Source of the DNA: Deltaproteobacteria bacterium
GTDB taxonomy: Bacteria; Myxococcota_A; Polyangia; Fen-1088
Length of the DNA stretch: 64,000 bases
NCBI GenBank assembly: GCA_033763315.1
Contig: JANRKS010000011.1
Coordinates: 96,001 to 160,000 of the forward strand
Reading direction: 5' to 3'
Part shown: in pieces, positions 56,690 through 64,000 of the stretch
Layout of the letters: every line of letters begins with the position of its first letter
Position numbering within the stretch: position 1 is the first letter of the stretch
Translations under genes and position numbers: made by a program
The notes under the pieces: generated by a model
Told to the model about the DNA's origin: nothing
Databases searched by the model: none
Seen by the model: the letters and a program-made list of their open reading frames with translations, nothing else

Positions 56690-58387
56690 ATGAAGTTGGT
56701 CGTTCATCGGCTTTTATGCGCGTTTTGGATCTGTGTGGCGGGTTGTTCGGGCGGTGGGTCAGCCGGAGATGACAACGAGGACAATGCTGGTGGCAGCGAC
56801 GGCGCAGGCGGCGCCCCGCCTCCCGCAGGCGCCTGCGACCTGCCCCGGGAGCTTTTGCCCCAGCGTCGGGTGATTCGGCTTTCGCCCCAGCAGTACGCCA
56901 ACGCACTGAAGGCGAACTTCGGCTTCAAGATGGACGTGAGCCGCTTGCCGCCTGATGCCCCTTCAGGTGATGGCTTTGCGGTGTTCGACAGCAATTTCGC
57001 CGACAAGCAAATCACACCCGAACACTTCACAGTGTTTCGTGAGACCGCGGAGGCGGTGGCCAGTGACACCGCCCGCACCTTGCAGGGGTCCATGGCGTGT
57101 CTCTTTAACAAGCCCGACGATGGCTGCGTGGCGGCCTTTCTTTCAGACGTTGGCCAACGCGCGTTTCGGCGCCCTCCGTCTGAGCAAGAGCTTGCGCGCT
57201 ATCAATCGTTCTTTCGCAGCGTTGAAACCAAGTGGGACAGCCCCGCTGCCGTTCGCTTGGTGCTCGAAGCGATGCTGCAAAGCCCCGCCCACTTGTATCG
57301 CACTGAACTGGGCGGCGGCGACGCCGACAAGGTGGCTCTGACTCAATACGAACTGGCCAATGAACTCAGCTTCATGTTGGCCGATGCGCCTCCTGACGAA
57401 GCGTTGTTGGCTGCTGCAAAAGCCGGCAAGCTGAAAGACGCTGACGAAGTGAAGCAGCATGCGGAACGTTTGCTGGCAACCGATACGTCGCGCGCACGTT
57501 TGGCTTCGATGTTTGGCCAAATGTACGGCGTCACGCCGTCGAGCGCAGAAACCTTGGGCAAGGATGCCACGGCGTATCCTGGGTTCACACCTGCGTTGCG
57601 AGCGGCAATGATGAAGGAGACGCAAACGTTTGTGCAAGCCGTGTTGCAAGACGACGCTTCGCTTAAGACGATCTTCGGCGCTGACTTTTCTTATTTGAAC
57701 AACGCGTTGGCCGCCCATTACGGCGCCAACACCGCCGGCCTCGGTGACGAGTTTAAGAAGGTGTCGCTGCCCGAAGGGCGTCGTGGGTTGTTGGGCCATG
57801 CGAGCGTGCTTTCAGTCAACGCCCACAAAGATGGCTCATCGCCCGCCATACGAGGCATCGCCATCTATACAAAGCTTCTGTGCCAACCCATCCCCGCCGC
57901 CCCCCCCGGCGCCGTGGATCTGGCGAACGGCAAGATCTACGCGCCAGACAAGAATTTCACGCAAAGAGAACATTATGAGTTCGCGAAGCAGAAGGCGCCG
58001 GAGTGTATCGGTTGCCATGGGCAATTCGTGCCGCTGGGGCTCGGGCTTGAGCAGTTCGATGGGGTGGGGGCGCAGCGCTCAAGCGAATTCGGCAAACCGC
58101 TTAACACCAAGGTGCAGCTCGAAGGTTATGGCGATGACGTGGACGGCACTTACGACAGCACCTTGCCGTTGATCGACAAGCTTGTGCAAAGCGATCACGG
58201 CGCACGTTGCTTCGCCACCCAGGCAGCGTCATTCGCTTATGGGCAAGACGTGAGCAGCGACACAATGGACTCGTGCGAGACCAAGCGATTGGCATCCACG
58301 CTCAAGGACAAGAACTTCAGCGTCACACAATTGATGTTGGATCTCACACAGGTTGAGAGTTTCTACAACCGCCGCCAGGGCTCGTAG
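56690..58387 (+). CDS. DUF1592/1588 family haem lipoprotein (module 3)
   Basis: Lipobox VAG-C; RLSPQQYANAL, LQSPAHLYR, RRGLLGH, LLCQPIP, CIGCH; AGGAG SD. Confidence 0.88.
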   Translation: MKLVVHRLLCAFWICVAGCSGGGSAGDDNEDNAGGSDGAGGAPPPAGACDLPRELLPQRRVIRLSPQQYANALKANFGFKMDVSRLPPDAPSGDGFAVFDSNFADKQITPEHFTVFRETAEAVASDTARTLQGSMACLFNKPDDGCVAAFLSDVGQRAFRRPPSEQELARYQSFFRSVETKWDSPAAVRLVLEAMLQSPAHLYRTELGGGDADKVALTQYELANELSFMLADAPPDEALLAAAKAGKLKDADEVKQHAERLLATDTSRARLASMFGQMYGVTPSSAETLGKDATAYPGFTPALRAAMMKETQTFVQAVLQDDASLKTIFGADFSYLNNALAAHYGANTAGLGDEFKKVSLPEGRRGLLGHASVLSVNAHKDGSSPAIRGIAIYTKLLCQPIPAAPPGAVDLANGKIYAPDKNFTQREHYEFAKQKAPECIGCHGQFVPLGLGLEQFDGVGAQRSSEFGKPLNTKVQLEGYGDDVDGTYDSTLPLIDKLVQSDHGARCFATQAASFAYGQDVSSDTMDSCETKRLASTLKDKNFSVTQLMLDLTQVESFYNRRQGS

Positions 58388-58398
58388 GAGGCTGTTCC

Positions 58399-59757
58399 AT
58401 GACGACGAACTATGTGCGACGACGTGATTTGCTTCTGGGTCTGGGCGCGGGCGCGGCCTTTTTGTCGCCGTTTTCGCGCCAAGTGCATGCGCAGGCCGCT
58501 GGCAAACCAGGGCAGGGCAAGTTCATCTTGTTCTTTACCCCCAATGGCCACGCGCGATCTGACTTTGGCTCGGATGGGAACGATGCCAGCTTCAAGTTTC
58601 GCCGTGGCATGGCTGACGCCGCCAGCATGGCCGACCACATCTCGGTTGTGCGCGGCCTCTCAAATAAAGCGCAACATCCGCAGCGCCCGTTTCACGATCA
58701 GATTTCGCGACTGATGACGGTTAAAACTGGGGACATCGTGGGCACGGCCATGGGCCCGTCATTGGATCAGGCGGTAGCGGATCTGTCTGCGAAGAACCCA
58801 CTGAATCTGAAGGTCTATTGGAGCCGCTACGATAACGTCGGCACGTACCAGAACCTGTCATGGAAAAAAGCCGCTTTCCCTAACCGCAACGAAAACGATC
58901 CGCGTAAGGCGTACGCGTCGGTGTTCGGCGATTTTATGCCATCGGGCGGGGGTGAACAGAGCCCTGAGATTAAGTTGGCCCTTGAGCAAAAGAAGAGCGT
59001 GATGGACTTTCTCAAAGAAGACATCTCGATGTTCAAGACGCGTTTGACGGATTCAGACAAGAGCCGCCTGGACGTTCACCTCGATTCTGTGCGCGAATTC
59101 GAAAAGAAACTGGAATCAGCGCCGGCAGGCAGCCCTGTGGGTGGCAACGTGTGCCCGATGGACAAAGCCAAAGGGTCCTCGACGTATCCGCCACCCAACG
59201 ATTCTGGTCCCTACAATAAGGAAGCCTTCAAGGCTCACGGCGACATTCAAGCGTCGCTGTTGATCGCCTCCTTGGCGTGTGGCGCCCGCACTGCCGGTTC
59301 AATCATTTGGCAAGGCGGGGCGGGTGGGCTCAATCCCAATGGTGCTGCGGGCAAGGCAGACGATCACCACGAAGTCAGCCACAACGCAGCGCCGCGCGAC
59401 GTGTGGATATCGATCGACAATTGGTATGCGGGTCGCTACGCCGCCTTGCTCAAGGAAGCGCAAAGCGTGGGCATTCTGGATGACACCGTGGTTGCTTGGG
59501 CCACCGAGATCACCGAATCACACAGCCACAACAACGCTGTGTTCCCCATCGCAGGCGGCAAGAACTTGGGCTTCAAGCACCGCAAGTCAGTGACGTTTTC
59601 GTTCGTGGGCGATGAAAATGGCGGCCGCAACGCCGCGCGCGCGTCTGGCAACCGCAGCTTGTCGGATCTGTGGACCACGATCTACAGAGCGTGCGGCGGC
59701 CAAGGCAACTTCGGTGAGGACGTGGCGGGACCGATCAACGAAGTGTGGTCGGGCTAA
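58399..59757 (+). CDS. DUF1552 Tat-exported protein (module 3)
   Basis: RRRDLL, FTPNG, GPSLDQ, RLDVHLDSVRE, DHHEVSH, LDDTVVAWATEI..SH; GGAGG SD. Confidence 0.88.
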   Translation: MTTNYVRRRDLLLGLGAGAAFLSPFSRQVHAQAAGKPGQGKFILFFTPNGHARSDFGSDGNDASFKFRRGMADAASMADHISVVRGLSNKAQHPQRPFHDQISRLMTVKTGDIVGTAMGPSLDQAVADLSAKNPLNLKVYWSRYDNVGTYQNLSWKKAAFPNRNENDPRKAYASVFGDFMPSGGGEQSPEIKLALEQKKSVMDFLKEDISMFKTRLTDSDKSRLDVHLDSVREFEKKLESAPAGSPVGGNVCPMDKAKGSSTYPPPNDSGPYNKEAFKAHGDIQASLLIASLACGARTAGSIIWQGGAGGLNPNGAAGKADDHHEVSHNAAPRDVWISIDNWYAGRYAALLKEAQSVGILDDTVVAWATEITESHSHNNAVFPIAGGKNLGFKHRKSVTFSFVGDENGGRNAARASGNRSLSDLWTTIYRACGGQGNFGEDVAGPINEVWSG

Positions 59758-59775
59758 ACGAAGAAATGCTTTTTG

Positions 59776-60155
59776 TCGGAGCCGGGCTGTAAGCCGGGTT
59801 CTGTGCCCGCGCTTGTTGCCTTGCGCGGGCGAAGGTCATTCATCTAGGCCGACCGTTGCCGGGCGGCTCAAGCGATCAACAGGAGATCTGGATTCGGTGT
59901 GGGCCGCACCGGCGGTTGCCCGCGATCTCCGACCGATCTTGCTCCAGGTGGGGTTTACCGTGCCCTCCTCGTCACCGAGGAGGCGGTGCGCTCTTACCGC
60001 ACCTTTTCACCCTTACCTTAACGGCGGTTTGTTTTCTGTGGCACTTTCCTTCAAGTCACCTTGACTGGTCGTTAACCAGCACCCTGGCCCAAGGAGCCCG
60101 GACTTTCCTCGTGGTTTGCTGTGAAGCAACCCCGCGACCTTCCATCCGGCTCCGG
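59776..60155 (-). ncRNA. rnpB: RNase P RNA, type A
   Basis: Minus strand has GAGGAAAGTCCGGGCTCC, GAAAGTGCCACAGAAAA, GGTAAACCCC, ACAGAACCCGGCTTA; P1 ends GGAGCCGG/CCGGCTCC. Confidence 0.97.
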
Positions 60156-60169
60156 CAAAAAGCGTCGCA

Positions 60170-60178
60170 ACTGTACCA
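60170..60178 (-). promoter_or_regulatory. Extended -10 promoter of rnpB
   Basis: TGgTACAGT 14 nt upstream of the P1 5' end. Confidence 0.5.
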
Positions 60179-60252
60179 GGCACAACCTGCCGTTGCCACT
60201 CGCACGCGCGTACCCCTTGAGTGTGAAACAGCTTTTGGGTTAAGTGGGTCGT

Positions 60253-61116
60253 ATGCGCGTTTTTACATGCTTGGCTCTCGTCATTTTGTCGGTAAGCGGC
60301 TGCCGCTCGGTGCCTGCCCCAGTCGAAAGCCAGAACGAAGGAACGCTGATGAAACAAGTGGGGCTGCAAACCTACAGTTTGCGCGGGATCATGAAGGGCG
60401 ACGTCGACGACGCGCTAAAACACATGGCCGCCATGGGCTTTCATGAAGTGGAGCTGCATGACCTTTACGGCCTGGCGCCCGACGTGATGCTTGCAAAGTT
60501 GGCGCAGCACAAACTGCACGCGCGGGGATTCATGGCCACCTTCGAGCGCCTGGAAAGCGATATGGCGGGTGCGATCGCTGACGCTGTGGCGTTGCGCGTG
60601 GATTACTTCGTGTGCCCGTGGATCCCTCACGGCGAAGTCTTTGATCACCAAGACATGGAACGCGCGCTGGGTTTGTTCGCGAAGGTTGCCGAAGCGCTTG
60701 CGCCATCAGGCATTCGCTTTGCCTATCATATGCACGGCTATGAATTTGCGCCCAGCCCCACCGGCGAGCTCTTCGCCGACCAAATGCTTAAGCGTTCTGC
60801 CGGCGCGTACGACTTCGAGATGGACGTGTATTGGTTCGTGTTCGCCGGGGCCGATCCTGTGGCGTATCTAAAGCGCTACCCGGGGCGCTTCCCGTTGCTG
60901 CACTTAAAGGACTTGCGCAAGGGCGTGGCCACAGGACCCACCAACGGCAAAGGCAACGTTGAAGACAACGTTCCGTTAGGCGAGGGCCAAGCCAACATCG
61001 CGGCGGTCGTGGCAGCCGCACGCACGCAAGGCGCGCGCTGGTTCTTCTTGGAAGACGAAAGCTCTCGTGCGCTTGAACAGCTGCCCGAGAGCCTTGCCTT
61101 CTTGCGCGGTCTTTAG
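60253..61116 (+). CDS. Sugar phosphate isomerase/epimerase (xylose-isomerase-like TIM barrel), lipoprotein
   Basis: GLQTYSLR, VEL, AYHMHGYEF, FEMDVYW, LHLKD, GEG, FLEDE; lipobox VSG-C. Confidence 0.85.
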   Translation: MRVFTCLALVILSVSGCRSVPAPVESQNEGTLMKQVGLQTYSLRGIMKGDVDDALKHMAAMGFHEVELHDLYGLAPDVMLAKLAQHKLHARGFMATFERLESDMAGAIADAVALRVDYFVCPWIPHGEVFDHQDMERALGLFAKVAEALAPSGIRFAYHMHGYEFAPSPTGELFADQMLKRSAGAYDFEMDVYWFVFAGADPVAYLKRYPGRFPLLHLKDLRKGVATGPTNGKGNVEDNVPLGEGQANIAAVVAAARTQGARWFFLEDESSRALEQLPESLAFLRGL

Positions 61117-61129
61117 CCCGCGCGCTTTT

Positions 61130-61882
61130 CTACGTGGCGGTGGCGCCGGCCGCTGCGTCCGCGGCTGCCAGCTCTGCCAGCAACTCTTCGGCGTAAATGA
61201 TGCGGTGGCAGTAGGGGCAGCTTTCGATCGTCGCCCCTCGGCGGACCGTGATGTAAAGCTGCGGCGGAATGTTCATGTTGCAGGCTGAGCAAGCGCCCAA
61301 CCGAACGGGCGCCACGGCTTGCCCCTTCTTATTGCGAATGACCGCATAGCGCTTGAGTACGTCCGGGCGAAGCCTGCTGGCGAACCCTTCGCGTTCGGCT
61401 TGCAGCTTTGACAGTTGCTCTTGCGCCTCAGCGACCTTGGCGTTTGAGGCTTCTTTGTCTTTCTCGATGCCGGCGCGTAGGGCCTGAACTTCGCCGGAAC
61501 GCTCGTTGAGAACCTTCTCCTTCGCGGATACGGCTTCGACCAACTTCTTGATCTCGCCTTCGCGGCTTTGCGACATCTCGCGGGTCTGTTCGATCTCGCG
61601 CTGGGCCGCATTGGCTTCGCGCGGGTTCTTCGACTGCGAAAGCTTGTGCTTGGCGTTGTTGATCTGGCTGCCTTCCATTTCCAACAACTGGCGCTGTTCG
61701 CCTAGGTATTTGCGGGCTTCTTCAAGCTGCGTCCGCTCTTGCGAGAGCAGCGTCTCAACCCGGGCCAGGTCGGTTTCAGTGGCCACTATTTTCGCGGGGA
61801 TCGCCTTAAGAGCGTCTGTGAGCTCTTTGATCTTGGCGTCGTGTTTTTGCAATTCTTCGAGCCACTTAAGCTGGTCGCGCAA
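61130..61882 (-). CDS. Coiled-coil plus C4 zinc-ribbon protein (DUF164/CT398-like)
   Basis: LQ..D, long coiled coil, CSACNMNIPPQ...CPYCHRII; GGAGG-7nt-TTG start at 61882. Confidence 0.9.
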   Translation of the reverse strand: MRDQLKWLEELQKHDAKIKELTDALKAIPAKIVATETDLARVETLLSQERTQLEEARKYLGEQRQLLEMEGSQINNAKHKLSQSKNPREANAAQREIEQTREMSQSREGEIKKLVEAVSAKEKVLNERSGEVQALRAGIEKDKEASNAKVAEAQEQLSKLQAEREGFASRLRPDVLKRYAVIRNKKGQAVAPVRLGACSACNMNIPPQLYITVRRGATIESCPYCHRIIYAEELLAELAAADAAAGATAT

Positions 61883-61956
61883 CGGGGATCCTCCAAATGT
61901 CAAACGGGCGGGCGGGGGTTGTCAACGCAGCGGATTGCCCCTTCAATGATGGCTTG

Positions 61957-62029
61957 TGGGCCCACTAGGATTCGAACCTAGGACCAGGCGGTTATGAGCC
62001 GCCAGCTCTAACCGCTGAGCTATGGGCCC
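61957..62029 (-). tRNA. tRNA with CAU anticodon, probably tRNA-Ile2 (lysidine); CCA not encoded
   Basis: GGGCCCATAGCTCAGCGGTTAGAGCTGGCGGCT-CAT-AACCGCCTGGTCCTAGGTTCGAATCCTAGTGGGCCCA followed by CAA. Confidence 0.93.
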
Positions 62030-62130
62030 CTTTTGGTGCTTTCCGTTACGTTGAGGTGCGGAGATTACCCCCGCCCACCACCAGTGTCCAGGACGCACAT
62101 CGACCAATTGAGGGGGCCACAGCAGGCGCG

Positions 62131-62934
62131 CTACGAAAGCCAGCCCGAAAGCAGTCCGACAATCAGCAGCACGCCCAACGCCACCCGGTACAACACGAAC
62201 GGCAAAACGCTTCGGGTGCGTAAAAAACGAATCAGCCACGCGATGGCCGCGTAACCCGACACCGCCGAGATGGCCAAACCCAGCAGGAGCACGCCGCCGC
62301 TCACGTCACTGGCCTTCAAAACCTGCGGCAATTCAAAGATGCCCGCGGCGCCGATCGCCGGCACGCCCAACAAGAAGCAATACCGGGCGGCGGCCTCCCG
62401 TCGTAGACCCAAGGCCATCGCGGCCATCAACGTGATGCCCGAGCGAGACACGCCGGGCACCAAGGCCAGCATCTGGGCCAGGCCCACAAGCACGGCCTCG
62501 CGCATGCCCGCGTCTTCGATGCCACGCGTGGGTGACACCCGGCGCTCGACGACCGCCATCATCACGCCCACCACGATGAGAGTGGTGGCGATGACCCACA
62601 ACGAACGCAGCGGACCCTCGATGGCGTGCTTGAACAGCAACCCGGCCACGCCCACCGGCAACGTGCCCACAACCAGATGCACCAGCTTCATGGCCTCAGG
62701 GTTCTGCAGCGGTTTCGGCGCGAACCAGGCTTTGGTCATGCGCAGCAGTTCGGGCAAGAAGTAGCCAATCACCGCCACCAACGTGCCCAACTGCAGAACG
62801 GCCGTGAACGCGGCGCCGGCGTCGTGCCACCCCAGCAGCGCGGGGAAGATGCGCAGGTGCGCGGTGGAAGAAATGGGCAGGAACTCGGTTAACCCCTGAA
62901 TCAAGCCCAACAGGGCGGCGTGCAATGGCGTCAC
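62131..62934 (-). CDS. uppP: Undecaprenyl-diphosphate phosphatase
   Basis: LGLIQGLTEFLPISSTAHL, QLGT, PGVSRSG. Confidence 0.96.
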   Translation of the reverse strand: MTPLHAALLGLIQGLTEFLPISSTAHLRIFPALLGWHDAGAAFTAVLQLGTLVAVIGYFLPELLRMTKAWFAPKPLQNPEAMKLVHLVVGTLPVGVAGLLFKHAIEGPLRSLWVIATTLIVVGVMMAVVERRVSPTRGIEDAGMREAVLVGLAQMLALVPGVSRSGITLMAAMALGLRREAAARYCFLLGVPAIGAAGIFELPQVLKASDVSGGVLLLGLAISAVSGYAAIAWLIRFLRTRSVLPFVLYRVALGVLLIVGLLSGWLS

Positions 62935-62941
62935 CCGAGGT

Positions 62942-63742
62942 TTATAGCGGAGTTACCACTTCCCCTGAAAGCACCGCGTGGTGTTTTCCGGCCGAATCTT
63001 CGATGATCAAGGCGCCCGTTTCGTCCACGTCTACAGCATGGCCCGCCAAAGTGGCGCCCTCGCGGTCGACCTTGCAGGGTTGGCCCAGCCACCCATAGCG
63101 GCGCCATTGCTGCAAAACGAAGCTTGTGCCTTCCACAACGAAGCGGTCGTAAAGCGGCTCGAACTCATTGAGAAATTGAGCGAGCAGAGTCAGGCGATCA
63201 GGTGGGGCTTCGGCCGCCAATTGCAATGAGGTGGCCCGATCTGCAAGCTCGGGGGGAAATGCTGTGAGCAAAACGTTGAGCCCTAGGCCCACGATCACGT
63301 GTTTGGTGCGCCCGTTCGTGGTGGCCATTTCAGTCAGAATGCCGCCTGTTTTTCGCAAGCCCGCGGCGGTGGGCAGCATGATGTCGTTCGGCCACTTCAA
63401 ACGGCTCTCGATGCCGATGATCCGCAGTGTCTCTGCCACGGCCACGCCGGTTAATAACGTGAGCGGCGGCAACGCACTCGGCGGCAGCGGGGGGCGCAGC
63501 ACGATCGATAAATATAGGTTCGCCCCTGCGGGAGAGTGCCAAACGCGTCCCAAGCGTCCGCGACCGGCCGTTTGCTGATCGGCTGTCACCACGGTGCCAT
63601 CGCCGCAGCCTTGATCGGCCAAGCGAGCGGCCTCATCGCTGGTTGAGCCGCAACGGGCCAGGTGCTTGAACGTGCGGCCCAACCGCCGCGTGGTCAAAAG
63701 GCCTGGCAGAACCTGCGCCCAATCGCTGGTGACGCCGTTCAT
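62942..63742 (-). CDS. birA: Biotin-[acetyl-CoA-carboxylase] ligase (no HTH)
   Basis: [36 protein letters not shown]. Confidence 0.95.
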   Translation of the reverse strand: MNGVTSDWAQVLPGLLTTRRLGRTFKHLARCGSTSDEAARLADQGCGDGTVVTADQQTAGRGRLGRVWHSPAGANLYLSIVLRPPLPPSALPPLTLLTGVAVAETLRIIGIESRLKWPNDIMLPTAAGLRKTGGILTEMATTNGRTKHVIVGLGLNVLLTAFPPELADRATSLQLAAEAPPDRLTLLAQFLNEFEPLYDRFVVEGTSFVLQQWRRYGWLGQPCKVDREGATLAGHAVDVDETGALIIEDSAGKHHAVLSGEVVTPL

Positions 63743-63999
63743 TTGACGAAATCAAGCCCGATGTCCACAGACACGGCCGAGTGGGTCAGGGCTCCAACGG
63801 AAATCAAATCCACGCCGGTGCGCGAAAGCTCCGCAATGCGGTCCAGCGTCACGCCCCCTGATACTTCAAGCAGAACATGTGGGCGCACGGCATTTTTGCG
63901 CGCCACCGCTTGCATGATGTCGGGGGTTTTGAAGTTGTCCAAGAGCACCACGTCAGCGCCCGCCGTCAGCGCTTCTTCGAGTTGCGCCAAGGTATCCAC
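63739..63999 (-). CDS. nadC: Quinolinate phosphoribosyltransferase, C-terminal part (5' end beyond window)
   Basis: [30 protein letters not shown]...DIGLD. Confidence 0.92.
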   Translation of the reverse strand: MDTLAQLEEALTAGADVVLLDNFKTPDIMQAVARKNAVRPHVLLEVSGGVTLDRIAELSRTGVDLISVGALTHSAVSVDIGLDFVK

Positions 64000-64000
64000 C

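Noticed and set aside
59856-60446. ORFs overlapping 59856-60446
   Set aside because: The region is explained by RNase P RNA and the start of the isomerase gene
61957-62029. tRNA-Met or tRNA-fMet assignment, and tRNA as a prophage attachment site
   Set aside because: G1-C72 pairing and no run of three consecutive G-C pairs next to the anticodon loop exclude fMet; the acceptor stem and context favour Ile2 (elongator Met not fully excluded); no duplicated tRNA 3' end or integrase in the window

Overview
High-GC bacterial chromosomal segment. Myxococcota (Polyangia-like) origin is inferred from the DUF1592/DUF1552 pairs, fibro-slime and DUF4215 Cys-rich lipoproteins, Hanks-type kinases and a sigma54 two-component system. 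It holds about 50 CDS, RNase P RNA and one tRNA(CAU). Housekeeping genes include acnA, uvrA, bolA-grxD, miaE, rlmI-like, radC, recQ-like, uppP, birA and nadC. Accessory genes include a VapBC-type toxin-antitoxin pair, GH20 and GH42-like hydrolases, a PQQ sugar dehydrogenase and a dihaem cytochrome c. I saw no CRISPR array, transposase, integrase or prophage. Main observations: (1) three divergent copies of a haem-lipoprotein (DUF1592/1588) plus Tat-exported His-motif protein (DUF1552) module, each near carbohydrate-active genes, two with sigma54-type promoters; (2) a RecQ whose frame extends 135 codons upstream through a poly-Asp tract to an SD-preceded CTG start missed by the ORF track; (3) a recurring TAnnnT hexamer 6-9 nt before SD-less start codons, suggesting leaderless mRNAs; (4) an RNase P RNA lacking the L15 GGU CCA-binding motif, near a tRNA gene without encoded CCA; (5) a divergent RlmN paralogue beside miaE; (6) a Get3/ArsA ATPase with a Walker A Lys-to-Arg change coupled to a beta-barrel gene. 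All family calls are by motif recognition; no searches were run.
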